DNA of 64,000 nt from Octopus sinensis (lineage: Eukaryota). How positions within the stretch are numbered: position 1 is the first letter of the stretch; each line of letters opens with the position of its first letter. A program made the position numbers and the translations under genes. Positions 46,350-60,510 of this stretch are shown here, piece after piece. The stretch is taken from assembly GCF_006345805.1 (NCBI RefSeq), contig NW_021830461.1, positions 1 through 64,000 of the forward strand, in the 5' to 3' direction. The notes beneath the pieces are model-generated. The model made no database searches. It saw nothing but the letters and a program-made list of their open reading frames with translations, and was not told where the DNA came from.

Positions 46350-46970
46350 AATGTCCAAGGTTTGAAGATATTATACCCTAATCAAAAACGCTAAAGCAAA
46401 GCAAAATTTGTCACAACAGCACGTTGGATCTATTTATACTTGAAAAAGTGAATAGAGAAACAATAAGGATTAAAATTAATTTGAAATTACTAATTTTTCT
46501 TTTTTCTACGTCGATTGTGTGTTCTATAATAAATTTATAGTATTTAAATACCTTGAACAATATATCTTTCCTCCATTTCCACTACAAAAAGGTCGTTGTT
46601 GATAAAAAGACAACGCGGTTGAATCAATATTTGCAGACGGAGGAGGTAAATTTTGAGGATCCATTTCGACTATTAGAATAATTTAGGAAGATTAGATACT
46701 TGGGCCTACCCCTGTAAATTTCTTCTTTTTCGTAAAGTGCTCTTCTCGATTAACCCATGTTATGGCTTCCTCGTCATACTATATGTACTTTGTGTTAATT
46801 ATATAACAACCATTGAAGATTTCCGGATCTGTCGACCGGGATTTCTCAGAAATTTAACTGCGTAGAAACTTCTAACCATTAAATTCGATCTATGAAAGTT
46901 ATTAAATCATTTAAATTAATATATTAAAATAGAACGAATCTTAAATCAGTAAATGTATTACTAACCACAG
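46350..46970 (-). CDS. Putative small orphan multi-exon gene; boundaries approximate
   Basis: Open segments (YDEEAITWVNREEHF; MDPQNLPPPSANID) separated by short GT..AG stretches. Confidence 0.3.
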
Positions 46971-48289
46971 GGTTGTAAATCAATAAATAATTTATTTAGA
47001 ATAATTAAAATAATTTTTAAATTTTAATTATAAACTAGAATAAAGTTAAGAAAGAATTATTGTTGTGCGAAGAGATTTGATTGAGTAGTCCCGCAAAGAA
47101 TGGCAATCTAAATTGTTTTTCAGAGCCATGACTATTTCTCTGACTTAATTAAACAAAAAATGACCAGAACTAAAAAGATGCTAAATTTTTACTTTTTTGG
47201 CGGTTCTTCTAAAAGAGGGAAGCTGCCATCAAATAAATCAAATGTAACCAGGATTACCCTGGTTAAGGCCTGCTCTTTTTGAAAATGAGTAGCAGAGCTG
47301 ATAGTTTTTTCGGCACACTTCAGATGGATGTATTTATCATTAACAAGACGAAAATGAAGGAAACCCGATTTTTGTATTAACACAGGAGTTATCAAATCCG
47401 TGGAAAATCTAAAATATCTCGGAATAATTTTGGATGCATCTGGATCATTTAAAATTTATATAATAAACAGAAAGAACAGAGCTACCTTAATGTTGAAAGC
47501 TCTTATATGATTTTGGTTGAAACCGGAAACCTTCCTATACGTATACTCTGCCTTTATACTGCCTATCCTGATCTATGGATTTCAAGGATGGTTCAAAAGT
47601 TGTGAAGAAAAGAAACACATTTAACTTTTGGAGAAAACGCAGAGATATACCATTAAAATGGGGCATGGCTGGATTTAAAATCAAAACTAACCCCAAAGTT
47701 GGAGAAATTTGTACGATCCATTGAAAAATTGTTGCATCACTTAAATAAATAATGGTTTATTAATAAAATACGTCCTAATCGGGTGGTTGCTGGTTTTTGT
47801 GCTGTGCTATCGTTATTTAGGAGTGCTAGAAGACAGGTGTAGAGGATGTAATCAAAAATATTAAAGAGGAAATGCAAAATCGTATCGTTAGATAATCAGA
47901 AATTAAACTAAATGCAGGTAATCTACTTAGAACAATTATTGAGCTTGATCTGCAGGTAATCACTGTTATATCGGTCTTCTCAATCAGAAACCATTTTTGA
48001 CGAAATATACAAATTTATAAAATAAGTCAATCTCCTTAAGAAAAACAGTAATCCAGCATCCAGCATGAACACAAACACAGAATTCGTGCATTTTAAATAT
48101 AAAACAAGCACATTCGAAGAAATTGCCAAATTTAAAGAGAAGCTGGAATAACGCGTGATTATTGGAAGAAAAAGCGGAATTCTATTATTATCGATGAACA
48201 AAACAACTCCATGTGGGACCAAATACGGAGAAAAGTACTATGAGAGTAAACGTGCCTGTGATACCAGATTATTATAGAAAGTAAGTAAC

Positions 48290-48520
48290 TCAAAGAATAG
48301 TCGAGAGCCTGGGGGTCAGCTCAACAACGCCACAGTGCGTATTAAATGGCAGTTTTCGCTGAGTACGACGACCGAGCTGAAAGAGTCAGCTCGTCTCCCT
48401 CCGGTCATTCGTTTTTGAGGAAATTCTCCTACCAATGTCAGTGAGAAGTAGAGTCGCGGTTCCCAAGGTTTCGAAGGCAGGGGGCAAACTCAAGAGTCTG
48501 AAATAAGCAGGTTGATTCGT
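48290..48520 (-). mobile_element. Degenerate CRE-like 3' fragment
   Basis: PAFETLG...DRRETS remnants. Confidence 0.55.
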
Positions 48521-48839
48521 CCAACTGAAGAGATATAAGGAAAAAACTTAATTGGATCTCTGTAATAATTTAGAACAAAATATCATTGCGTAACTCGCGC
48601 ACCCTACGGGTTGGGAACCGCTGTATAAGGTGTTAATGAAAAATTGCAGATTAGACAAAAAGCCTTTTCATTGACCTCAATGACAGAATTTTTCTTCCCA
48701 TAATGATTGAAAACACCTATTTTTCGTGGAAATTTTTTGAGGACGTTTAAACTCAGGAATTACAAAGACAAATATTAAAGTGTGGCAAATAAAAATTACA
48801 GTACGTTTTTTAATTTAACGAAAACGATTTTTAAATTTC

Positions 48840-50050
48840 ACTTATGTGTGCACGTAAGAATACGCAAAAAAATCGAAAACATATAATTTCCAAAGAAACC
48901 TCGAAGCTTTTAACTATACAAAATTTAAAAACATTACACAATCTCAATTCAGTAAAGTATTCAACATGCCATTAGGAACAATAAACAAAATCCCAAGGCT
49001 TTGGACAAAATCCCAAGTTTGACAACCACTGTCCTAAGCAATGAATCATATTTTAAAAATAAGAATTTTAACAAAATTTCCTCGAAGTTTTCCTCAATTC
49101 ATATGCCGTTATATGAATGGATTCAGAATAAAAGATCATTTGGCAATACTATTACAAATGCAATGCTAAAACAAATAAAAATAAAATTGCAAAAAATTTT
49201 CATTTCTAAATTTTAAAGCTTCGAGTACACGAATTAATTCTTTTAAGAATAAATTTTGAATAAAATCTTGTATTATATCAGGAGATGATCAATTAGTCAA
49301 TCCTGTCTTTTTATATGAAAGCCATGCTGACTTTTTACCGAAAATGTCATCTTATGGTCTCAAAGATGTGTTTAATTGTGACGAAATCGCATTGTTTTTT
49401 AAATGCACGCCACGTAAGACGTTGACACTACAATCCGATGTAAGAGCATTGGGAAAGGTTTATAAGGATAGAATTACACTTATGTTGTGTACCAATTATT
49501 TGGGGGATAAATTAGACCCATTTATCATCGGAAAATCAAAAAATCCTCGTTAAACAACTTCCAGTAACATATGGCAACAGCAAAAAACCTTGGATGAATT
49601 GTATTTTGTTTGAAATTTGGGCGAAAAATTTTAATGAAAAAATGAAAATCGAAACATTTTTCTTATGTTAGGCTGCGCATCTGTTCATTGTATTGATAGA
49701 AAATACAGTAATATTGATTTTTTCCATTTCCGCAAATACAACCTCGAAAATATAACCTCTTGATCAAGGAATCATCAGATCTTTTATAGCGAAGTATAAA
49801 AACCTCTTGATGAAAAATATTACGTTAACTGAAAGAGAGGATACATTTTACTTTCATGAAAAAATCAGAAATTTAAAACTAGTGATGCAATACCATTGAT
49901 AATTTAAGAGTGGGATGAAATTATAATAACAACAGTAACGAATTGCTTTGAAAAAGCATTTAACAATTGGGCAAAGCAGGAACTCCGGATGAAACTAAGG
50001 AGGACTCTCCGGTTTCAAATGATAATGAAAATTTTGCGTATCAAATTTGC
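48840..50050 (+). mobile_element. Degenerate pogo/Tigger transposase
   Basis: LYEWI, VFNCDEIALFFK, KDRITLMLCTN..G.KL..FIIGKSKNPR, PLDQGII. Confidence 0.8.
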
Positions 50051-50311
50051 AAAAACAGTGATGAATTTTTGAGAAGAATCGAGTCATGTGTGCACTAAAC
50101 ATTTCTTGTAGCACTCAATAAACATGAAACTTGGAAACAAAATAGACTTTATCTTTAAGAGATCGAATAGGAAGACGATTGGTCGCTGTGGTGCATAAAA
50201 GCGAGCAAAGCTCCTCCAATTTCTTTAAGATGAAGGCGTCTCATTTTTTAGAAGACTATTATAAACAAATTAAGGATTCATAACAAAAGGTAAATAATCA
50301 CAGACTCAGGA

Positions 50312-50778
50312 CTAACGGGCTCTACCACGACCCCGTACGCGCGCCCTTCCCCGTCCTCTAGGTCTGACGATATTATTTTCTTGTTTTCTACGCTGACGTT
50401 CGTCATCTTTATCCAAAACTACGAAATTGAATATTCATATTAAGACCTTCTCCTCTCTTCCTAACCTTCGGTCCGTCGTCGATTAGAAGAGAATCAAGCG
50501 GCAAACTATCGGGCAAGATAAAATAACGAATGTTGTTTCCACGGACTGAAAGAGTATCCAATTGATAGGTGTCTCCACTTTTAGTGGTCATTTTCACCGT
50601 CTTTAAATGAGTATTCATGTAAATGTCGACTCCTATTTTAATATTAGATTGATGCTTACCAGTAATAGTTCCATGAACTTGGGAAGAATTTTTTAATTCA
50701 ATCGTGACAGTTTCGTGGCTCAACTTCATTAAAAAACTAGGAAAACTTAAAAACAGATCTAAACCTGACGAGCTTCAT
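50312..50778 (-). CDS. SNRPD1: Small nuclear ribonucleoprotein Sm D1
   Basis: [20 protein letters not shown]...MNTHLK...[20 protein letters not shown]..., RG-rich tail; three mini-introns. Confidence 0.95.
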
Positions 50779-51029
50779 CACGAGACTTCAAATTAATATT
50801 TAACATTTATAAACTGTTATAAATAAAAGTAAATTAAAAAATGATAATTTTTAATAACCTTTTTAATTTACCTAAGTGAAAATAAAGATTTTATCTGTTT
50901 TCTATGAAATGTATTTAAGTCTTGCGTATATGTTTCATTCAGACCGCACTTTTCCAAGTTGATTTTTTTGACTATTTTCTTCTGATAAATTCTAATTACA
51001 TTTGCAAATATCTCAATTTCGCTTCCAAA

Positions 51030-52600
51030 AGTCATGTAGAAGAGCAAAAGTTTTTAGATATTTCAAAATTATGTCAGTTTTGCGCAGAGAAAATTGTTTT
51101 TTTGTTTCCGCAAAAATCTAAATCGGAATTTTTTGCCAAAATCATAATAATTCCCGACGGTAATTTCTTCAAAGCCAATCCTTCTCCCGTTGTTGCGTAT
51201 AAAAGCCGCGGTTAGATTTCTTGCGTCTACAGAGGTATCAAATTCTACGTAGACAAAAAGTGATTTGCCAAGCGATTTTGGTATTTGATACCTTTCATAC
51301 GCTCGGTTTTGTTCGTAGTGTGCCCGTGAGATATGGCCGGCGATGTTAGCTTTAACATTGAGAACGTGTCCGTGCAGGTAGCGTCTTAGACAAGTGATCG
51401 GCCTTCCCATTATGGGAAAATTGTAAATCCGTCCGGTCTCTTGCTATCATCGCGATCGAGGTTTGCTGGCTCAACGATTGAGCGGAACTCTAAGATTTGA
51501 TTGCGCAAGACACTACATTATTTAAAGTCGCGTATCCGAGAAGACGGTCGGCGTTGCGGTGGCATGAAGAAAGGTGCATTTTCTTTTCATCTACCATGCT
51601 TCCACTGCGACAACGCTGCTTTGAACATTAGTTTAGACCGATTCCGAAAGTAACTCCAGTTCTGATGTAGTTATCGTCGAGGAGAATTCCTGTAGATGCA
51701 GAAGGAAATACATTCAGCCAGGCAACATAGCGCTGATGTGCAGCAGAAAGGAGGTAGGCCAGATAGTGCTAGGTTGAGCGCGGGCTTTAGCCCTTAAAAA
51801 GACTTAGTGGCATACAGTCCATTTCAGTGCGATTGTCTTTATAGGTCAGAAAGAAGTAGGAGGTTTGAGTTTGTCAAGAATTTCCGACAAAAGATATTGG
51901 AAGGCGTTAAAATTTCGTGGATAGGACAACCGCTGTAGGAAATCAAAAGTTTTCCCTGTCTCCAACCGATATCATTGAATTTGAAGTAGGATCGACTCAG
52001 CTAATTATTTTAGGGATTTCTAGAAATTTCAAAAGAGATCGGCACGAAAACAAGACGGAAAGCAGCGTAGTGTGTATAGTAGTTTAAGAATATGTAACCT
52101 GCTCTTCAGCATAAACAATGAGTTGTGAAAGTTAAGACGAATGTTAGCTTGCAAAGTTCTTCTTTGAAGGACAGTCCACGCCAAAATGCATCAGTTCAAA
52201 AAGGAAAACCCAAAAAGGAGGAATTGGCAAGTTCTATGACAAATAAGCCAGAAAGGTTATTCAAGATCGGCTTGCAGGCCACAAGGAAACCGACCTCAAG
52301 GAAGTTGACGTTCACGATTTCGGTTTTCGACGCATTTTCCACTAGCCAGAAGGAATAAATCGCGGGATTAGCCGTCATAACTTATCGATGATTGAGTCCA
52401 TAGGGCCGTACTAGGAGTCGTCCATGTAACAGACGCCCCAAGGAAATGGCTTCGTCGATGTTTTGTCTTCTAAAACAAACGAGCTGGTTGTACCATTAAG
52501 AAATGCACCAGATAGGCGATCTTAGTTGAATACATGACTTGAATTAATCTGAAATACTCGTGAGATAGTGACGCCGTCTTCGATTAAATTGACTCCAGAC
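51030..52600 (-). mobile_element. Mosaic of degenerate non-LTR retroelement fragments (gag-like and CRE RT-like)
   Basis: Higher GC; decayed ORFs including ENASKTEIVNV, similar to the CRE RT region at 37400. Confidence 0.4.
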
Positions 52601-53589
52601 CTTATTTTTTGAGTGTCCTTTCAAAAAATTCCAAAAATTCTCAGATTTATTCGATAACCTAGTTATCTTAATTAATGATTTAAATAAAACAATGAAAAAT
52701 CATATATTTTTTTAAACAGAATCTTTACTGTCTAATCAGCTATAAAATGGGATATACTCCAATAGCTCCGGAACATATAACAAAATTAAAAAGATAAAAG
52801 TAATATTATTTAAATTATTACTAATGAACGGTAGGCGGACAGCGCAGAAACTTTTAAGCGCAAAAATTTAAGTACTCGTAGAAAACAAATATGTTTAAAA
52901 CATCATTTAATTAACAAATTATGTGCATTAATTAATCTTTATTCAGAATACTATTAGATTGGTGTTAGATAAACAAAAAACTTTGGTAAATAACTAATGT
53001 TATGTTTTTTAATAAAAAATCTCTACAAAAAATAGATTTTACATTTATTTTAATAAATTCCCAACCAAATATATTCAATTAAATTTTTTTATTCAATGTT
53101 TTTGCAATATGAACATTCTTTTTTAATCCCAGAAAAACACCAAATGAGGCCGCAAGGAAAGCAAAGTATTGCCAAAACGATTCCCTTAATCGTGAATTTT
53201 TCTACCATATATCCGATCTAATAAGAAGCTCAGATTATTATAATACTCCGCAATTCTTACACATTTTTATATCTCCATCCGCTTTAATTGTTTCCCCAGT
53301 CATTAAAAGAAAAATAATTTAATCCAAAATTATGCTATTAAAATAAATATTGAATAAAATACAGATAATTATTTGAAAATTTAAGAACTATTCGTTTAAA
53401 AGCTTTTTTATAATCGATCTTTATTAAACATTCGAAAAATATTTTACATGCAAATTAAGAAAAACTGATATTTTAAATAATTTGTGAAATTTCTTAATCA
53501 CAGCTAAGATTGTTGCTTCTTTAAATAAATCTTTATTTCTTTCAATTTTAAATTAACCTAAAACTAGGAATTCCTTTCTTCTACACATG

Positions 53590-54445
53590 CCACGAGCACC
53601 CTTGTCCAAGAGATTCTCCAACCCGTTACCGAATCTCCTATGGACTCAGAGTCAGTCGCGGTAGAAAGTCGCTGGCTTGGGTTGTCTTTTAAGTTTCCGC
53701 AGAATAAACACGCACAGGACGAATGGGACAGGATTCTCTGTGATCAGAAGTCAAACAACCTCAAGCCTAAGCTTAACAAACATAGCTTGGCTTGTTTATT
53801 AGCCGCCTCGCAGCCATATTGACCGCCATCCCTATGAGATCGATTTGAACCTTATTGGACGATGATTCCCTGAGGATCGGCGTCTCATTGCGCCTGGGGC
53901 TAAACGTATGCAGAGAACACCGGTGCCGCTGTGGATCCAGTGTTGACCCCTTTGGATTGCACCTATTATCGTGTCAGAAAAGCTCCGGACGCTTTCCCCG
54001 ACACGCTGCCCTGAACGACATAGTCAAGCGGACTCTTGAAACTGCCGGATTCTCATCACAGTTGGAATCGGTCGGCCTGGTTCGGGAGGATGGTAAACGT
54101 CCTGACGGCCTAACGACTTTCCCCTTCATCTGGGACGCAACTTGCACGGACATTTTCTCCGACGGAAACATCTTTACGTCAGCCACAGGACCGGGCTCCG
54201 CGGCCAACCTTGCGGAAACATTAAAAGTCAAGAAATACAGTGCATTATCACACCGTCATATCTTTGCCCCGATCGCAGTGGAGACGTCGAGAGTCCTCGG
54301 TCCCAGAACTAAAATATTCCTTATGGGGGAGCTGGCAAGCAGGAGAAATGATCATCGGGAACGGACATGGCTTTTCCAACGCATATCAATAGCTATCTTG
54401 CGTGGGAATTGCCATTCCATCTCATCTTATCCTCTGATGCTAAAA
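53590..54445 (+). mobile_element. CRE-like retrotransposon 3' portion
   Basis: LRIGVSLRLG, HRCRCG..H.LSC, RHAALNDIVKR, DGKRPDG, WDATC.D. Confidence 0.88.
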
Positions 54446-54999
54446 GTTTCATATAAAAAAAGATTTATAAATTGTTTGTTGATGTTGAGTAAAGTATAGA
54501 AAAATCTTTATTTTAAAATAATGTAAAATATCAATCTAGAAAAAACAAATAAAATAATCAAGTAAATGATCAAGTACAATGTAAATTTATAACTCCGAGC
54601 GGACTTTCCTATTTTACTAACATTAAGAATAGACTGCTTAAATAAAGAGGTTTGTCTTTCACTGGCAAAATGCTTAAAAATGTAATAGAAATATTTCATA
54701 ATACCAGTTTGTTAGATAGGAGTTTACTGTCTTTAACTGCCTCTTTCATATCTAAAGCTACCTTGAATTAAACCAACAAAAATACTTGTTTGACATTCAT
54801 AGCTTTGCGCAGCATGATATCATGTAATGAATTCTCAGAAAAATAAGATTCATTATCTTTTAAAATTATAAAACACAAGGTAACCATTCATTAGAATATA
54901 CTATTATATATTTAAACATAATTATATTTTTAAATAGCACTAATTATAAATTTATTAAATGTTATTTATATATGCCAGAGGAAAAAAAGTTTTGGCTGT

Positions 55000-55900
55000 A
55001 CAAAAGCCAACGTTCCGGAGGCTTTAGAATTTTTGTAACTTTGTAAGGAATACATTTCAAGACCAGCATGGACTGGCTGGCACAATTCAAGGACTTTCAA
55101 ACAGATTGTTTATAAACGGTTACTAGGCTTTCTTTTGCTCGACCGAACGATTGGCCAGATATGGCTTTTAGGGCGACTTTACTGCATGTGAAGTCAATGT
55201 CCTGAGAAAAGAAGAAGCAGTGGTCAAAGATGACCCCCAAAATTCTGGAATGTTCGAGGACGGGTAGTTTTTTAGGGCTGACGTTGAAGTGTTATCGGTC
55301 GGGGATGAATAAGGTCACAGATGATTTTGACGGGGAAGGCATCATGTGGTTAGATCTTAGCCAATTGGTGAGACAGTCTAGGTGTGTTTGGAACCTGACT
55401 GTGGCTTCTGTGATTTCCAGATGTTTTGATACGGTCGCAATGTCGTCTACGTAACTTAAGAGTAGCATTGCGTTGTTGGTGGGGATGTCGCTCAAATGGA
55501 GGTTGAAGAGTAAAGAGGAGGGAGAAGAGTCCTGTGGTACGCCATTTGAAAGGTAGCGGAATCAAGATTTTTTGTTCGCGTATTCTGTACGACCGTGTCT
55601 ATCTGATAAAAAGCTGGTCAGCCATATTTTGTGGAGAATGTTAGATTCACAAATTTCGGTGCTGATGACATTAAACGATGTTCAGTCAAATGCCTTACTG
55701 ATGTTTATTGATGTTAGAATTGTTCTTTGGGGGTGGATTGTAGTTGTTAAATCTGTCTGCGATGCAATCCGTTAGAGTCGTGAAGTAAGTTGTTGTTGAA
55801 TGTTGTGGGCGGAGGCCATGTTGAATTTTAGATAGGTTCAATATGTGTTTGATTAACTTAAGAATGAATCTTTTTGTGGCGATATTCGGATGTTATGCTA
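55000..55900 (-). mobile_element. Degenerate LINE RT fragment (Jockey/I-like)
   Basis: NGVPQ.S.PS.LLF, SYVDDI, HSRILGVIFD. Confidence 0.7.
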
Positions 55901-56429
55901 TGCTTAGCAAAAAAAGACGCACCATTTCCGCCCCATAGGACTCCCTTTTCTGAGATGCTCTCTTGGCAGCAATTGAAAGAGTACAAAGCTCCCGTTCCAC
56001 GGAATTATAAATAGTTGTTCATCTTTAGATAAAAAAAGTTAATTTGTTTGACATACATTTATTTTATAGTCCTAATAATATCATTATTCTGACAAATTTT
56101 AAAAGTTCTTTGATTATAAAATAATTTTTGAATTGAAAACGATCTCGAAACAGTAACGGATATGAAAAACAACGAATTTTAGCTTGCGTAAATTATAATT
56201 ATATCTACACTAGTCTGTAGATTGCGACTAGTTGTGTTTGCTTAGCCATAGATTTTAGAATGCTTCAGTAATTTCAGTAAAACTTTGATTTCGGCATCAA
56301 TTTCAATCCCCAAAATTTTCAAAATCTTAGAATGTAGAAGAATGTCGTTTTCTTGACACAAGTGGAAAAAAAATAATAAAAAATTAGCTCAACAGAAAAA
56401 TATCCAAGGAATTAGCGCTTAAGGGGATT

Positions 56430-57470
56430 GAAAACCAGAACCACAAAGGTCTCAACTGCAGTTTTGACCCGTGAGATTTTTCTTATTTCCTTCAACGAAT
56501 TTCAAGTTTTGAATAGGATCGCGGCTATCGTCTCAATACTCCACTCATGCGAATCCTCCAGCGAACTGGTAAGTTCCAGGCCGAATGCCAGCTTGATGCA
56601 AATCGTCTACTTTCTTTGAGATTGATAATTAGACGTTCCCTCTCGTCCGTTTGATACCAGCCCTCCAATCCATGTATTAGTAGAGGCTGAAACCAGGTCA
56701 GTTTAACGTGAAGAAACGTCTCCGTGTTGAGACGGAGACACCTTAGCTCTTTTAAGATTTTCGCACATTGTTTACGCTTTGTGTCCACATATAGTTTGTA
56801 GAACCCGGTGGTGTCCACTGTTACTCTTAAGGTCTCAACTGCAGTTTTGACCACGATATAATTACTTTTCCACAATCTTCGAACGTCGGGTTCTATTTGG
56901 CCTAATCGAAACCCAATAAATAGTGCTTTTATCCCCTGCAAGATTCAATCCTTCATCCCTGCAGCACATTTCTACTTCCTCCACGTACGGTTCAAGTCTG
57001 CTCCAAGATAATCTCCTCCTGTGTCGAGGTCCCACATCGAGACATTCGTAACCAAGATTTTGTCGGCGTGGATAATCAATCTGCTCGTCAAAAAAGGTGG
57101 TTTCTCTCGGAGAGAAAACATTCCAGCCATTTTACAGTTTTTTGCCCAGCACCCAATTCTGCCACTTTCTCCCTCAACATATTATTTTCCTCCGCATGTG
57201 TCGAAAAACCATTAAATACGACCCTTTTTATTACCCTCGAAATTGTAGAGATAAGGCTAATTGGTCTATAGCTTCCCTCTTGCGTACTTTTGGATCATTT
57301 GGACAATTGCTCGTTTCCAGTCAGCTAAGATATGACCAATGTCCCAACTGGCATTGAACAGTTTAACCAAAATTCAAAGCAGGCATCTCGGTGCCTTTTT
57401 GAACATCCCCATAGGAATGAAGTCAAATTTTGATACTTAGACTTCGGGAGTCATTAGCTCTAAAACACCT
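56430..57470 (-). mobile_element. Degenerate LINE RT fragment
   Basis: Decayed RT thumb region, similar to remnants at 47400-47700. Confidence 0.45.
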
Positions 57471-57635
57471 CCTTCTTTTGTTTTGAAGTCTTAGCTTCCG
57501 TTGTAACTTTAATTCTTTTGTTTAACAATTTACAATGAATCGTAATTTTATTTATTTTAAATATTTATTATTTTTATAAATTATCAAAAATAGATTGTGG
57601 TTTACAAAAAATCGTTCCGATGTATTACTAAAATT

Positions 57636-58844
57636 ATGACATTAAACTTGTTACTCATAAGAAATTTTTCTTCGGAAACTGAAGCTGTATCTAACATTGC
57701 TTCTAACTTGTTTTACGGGATTATAAACGGCAACAGAGGCGCACTTTCCCGTTCAGTAACGCTTGTGGAATCGACAAATATTTATAAAAGGGAAATTGGG
57801 CAGAATATTATATCGAAATGCCTTAAATATGCTAAAGAAAACTCAGATCTCCAAAAGACGTTCCGAATTGGTATACTATGTTTATTTAAAACATCATAAA
57901 TTAATCAAAACTAAAAATATAGGCATCTCAGGACCGCCTGGGGCCGGAAAAAGTACTTTTATAGAGTCGTTCGGTACTTTTCTAATTAAAAAGGAAAACA
58001 AAGTGGCTGTCCTTACTGTTGATCCTTCTTCTGTAACTCGAGGAGGTACAATATTATTAAAATAATAAAATAAGGTTCACTCTTGGGTGATAAAGTGAGA
58101 ATGCCTCGACTTTCATTGAACAAAAATGCCTATGTAAGACCGTCTCCAACAAGTGGCATGCTTGGGGGGGTTGCAAGAGTGACAAATGAAGTTCTTTTCC
58201 TTTGTGAAGCCGCCCAATATAACATTATTCTTATTGAGACTGTTGGTGTTGGCCAGTCAGAAACGGCTGTTGCTGATATGGTGGATTTATTTTTACTGTT
58301 GATTCCTCCGACAGCTGGAGATGAAATGCAAGGTTGCAAAAATTAATAAATAATACTAATTTAAAATATAAACAAATCAAAGGAATGAAGAGGGGAATTA
58401 CTGAACTGAGCGATATCATTGCAGTGACCAAAAGTGACTCAGACATGCTGACTCAGTCAAAACGTATTCAAGCAGATTACAAAAGCGCTCTTAGATTTTT
58501 GTCACAAAAATCCCCAAATTGGAAACCAACTGTACTTTGGGGATTTACAAAATGTATAGGTTATAAGGATATCTTCGATGAATCATGATGGATTTGATCA
58601 ATTATATAGCAAAATATTCGAATTTCGCTCCAAAATGATAGAAAGTGGGGAGTTTATGGAAAATCGACAAAAACAAAAGCAAGCTTGGTTTATAAAATCC
58701 CTTCAAAACAGTATTTGGGGAGCTGTTCAAGATAAATTTGGTGAAAGAATAACAAGTTTACAAGAAAAAGTTGCTAAAGATTTACTTACACCTTCTCAAG
58801 CAGTCGATCGTCTTCTAGATGAAATTTTAACCCGTAAATTATAA
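57636..58844 (+). CDS. MMAA: Methylmalonic aciduria type A GTPase (MeaB homolog), mitochondrial
   Basis: [73 protein letters not shown]. Confidence 0.93.
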
Positions 58845-59449
58845 CTTAGCTCATAGACATCTATAAAATATATTTTGCATAATTTTACTATATGTGTAAG
58901 GTACTAGACAATAAATTTTTTTTATTTATTGACGAATTCGTTATATGAATTGGAAAAAAGATTATAAAAATTTCCACTTATTGATTTTAATTTTCAAACT
59001 CAAATAATATTGAGCAAGCTGGTGTCTATTTCTGGATAAATGAAATTACAAAATAAATGGTATTGGAATTTCTTGATCTTAACCTCAGATCAGAATGAAT
59101 TTTCATCAGTTTTCAAAAATGGTAATTTATTCCAAATATCTAATTTTCCCATTAGATAGATTGAACTAATAGATTTTAATAACGTTATTTCAAAATAAAT
59201 CAATCAAGAAACTTTTAAAATGCATCTTTACCAAAATATAAATCAGGAAACAAATCCTCACTGAATGTTTTATGATAGCTTAGCAGTGTGAAGAGATACG
59301 AAGTGGTATATTTGAGAGTAATCGAAAAGGCAGAATATTGGTAATCAATAATTCCACACCTAAATTATCTTATTCAAAATATTGTTTTAATTATGATGCA
59401 TCGTAATACGTTAAACTAGATAATTCATAAAAATGAAATCATAAAGAAA

Positions 59450-60510
59450 TTAATCACTATTAAAAAACTCCGTTCTGAAATTCTCACAAAAACTACAAAG
59501 ATTTGAATACTTCTTTGATGCGTTATCCGTAAAAGTAATTAAAGAATCGATAGTCATGAAAGCATAAATATGGCCATAGGCAATCGCATCCAATTCACAC
59601 GGAATTCTAAAACAGTAAAGTCCATATAAAACACGTTTTTGACAAAAAATATCTATTTTCCCCCAATAGTCGGGATAAATAGTCAAACGAATTTAATACA
59701 CAATCAAAAACCTAAATCAATAAAAAACAATAAAAACTTCTTTTTTAGTTTTTGGAGTTACTTTTGAGGAAAAATAACGATACCTATTTTTCTGGCATTG
59801 AATCCACGGAATAATTAAATTTAGTGGAAAAGGATAACACGAAGCAATACGGGGACGAGTTACCTTTAATAAAAATTCAAGTAAATATGAAATGCCCTCA
59901 CTTTTGAGGTAGCATCCCATTATTAGAAAATATAATTAAATTAAACAACCTTTTTATAAATATTATCATCACACCACGTTATATATGTCTATATTTTTAA
60001 AGAAAATAATAAACTTCACAGTCAGCCAAATCTCCAATGATAATGTACATAATTGTAGAGGCCAAATCACGTTTTTGTATTCCGAATGATAGGGTAGGAG
60101 AAAGTCCCTGAATTTTTTATTATGAATATCACTTTGATCTCAATGAATTTAAATACAGATTCAATTCCAGATAGAAGAAGAGGGCCGACCTTAATAAAAG
60201 GAATCTCCCCTAATATGTTACATTTTGTTAGATTTTTAACCGTTTGGAGAAATTTCTTCTGCATTTTTATAATATTCTACATTATATGGTATTTTGATAA
60301 TCTTAAAAAGTGCTTGCATTGCTTGACAGTTTGCATACTGATCGGGTAATATCTGAGAACCTGTTTTAAGTTTATTGAAAAAAAGTTTAATACTTTCATT
60401 AACCTGATATAACGTAATTGTCTCCGGCAGGGGTAATGATTCTACGGAGAAATTAAAAACATTTTCGAACTGTATTTAAGGAAATTGGTTAAGTTGCACA
60501 CTAGACTCAT
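59450..60510 (-). CDS. MTX2: Metaxin-2-like protein, copy 2 (no frameshift at the site broken in copy 1)
   Basis: As copy 1, but a six-A run gives KTKKE|VFD in frame. Confidence 0.82.

Noticed and set aside
48456-48623. GCGGTTCCCAA/TTGGGAACCGC inverted pair as a MITE
   Set aside because: The left arm is part of the CRE coding motif (ETLGTA); no TSD. The right arm is probably a lone hAT terminus.
56446-56852. 24-bp direct repeat AAGGTCTCAACTGCAGTTTTGACC
   Set aside because: Local duplication within a decayed RT fragment; no further structure.
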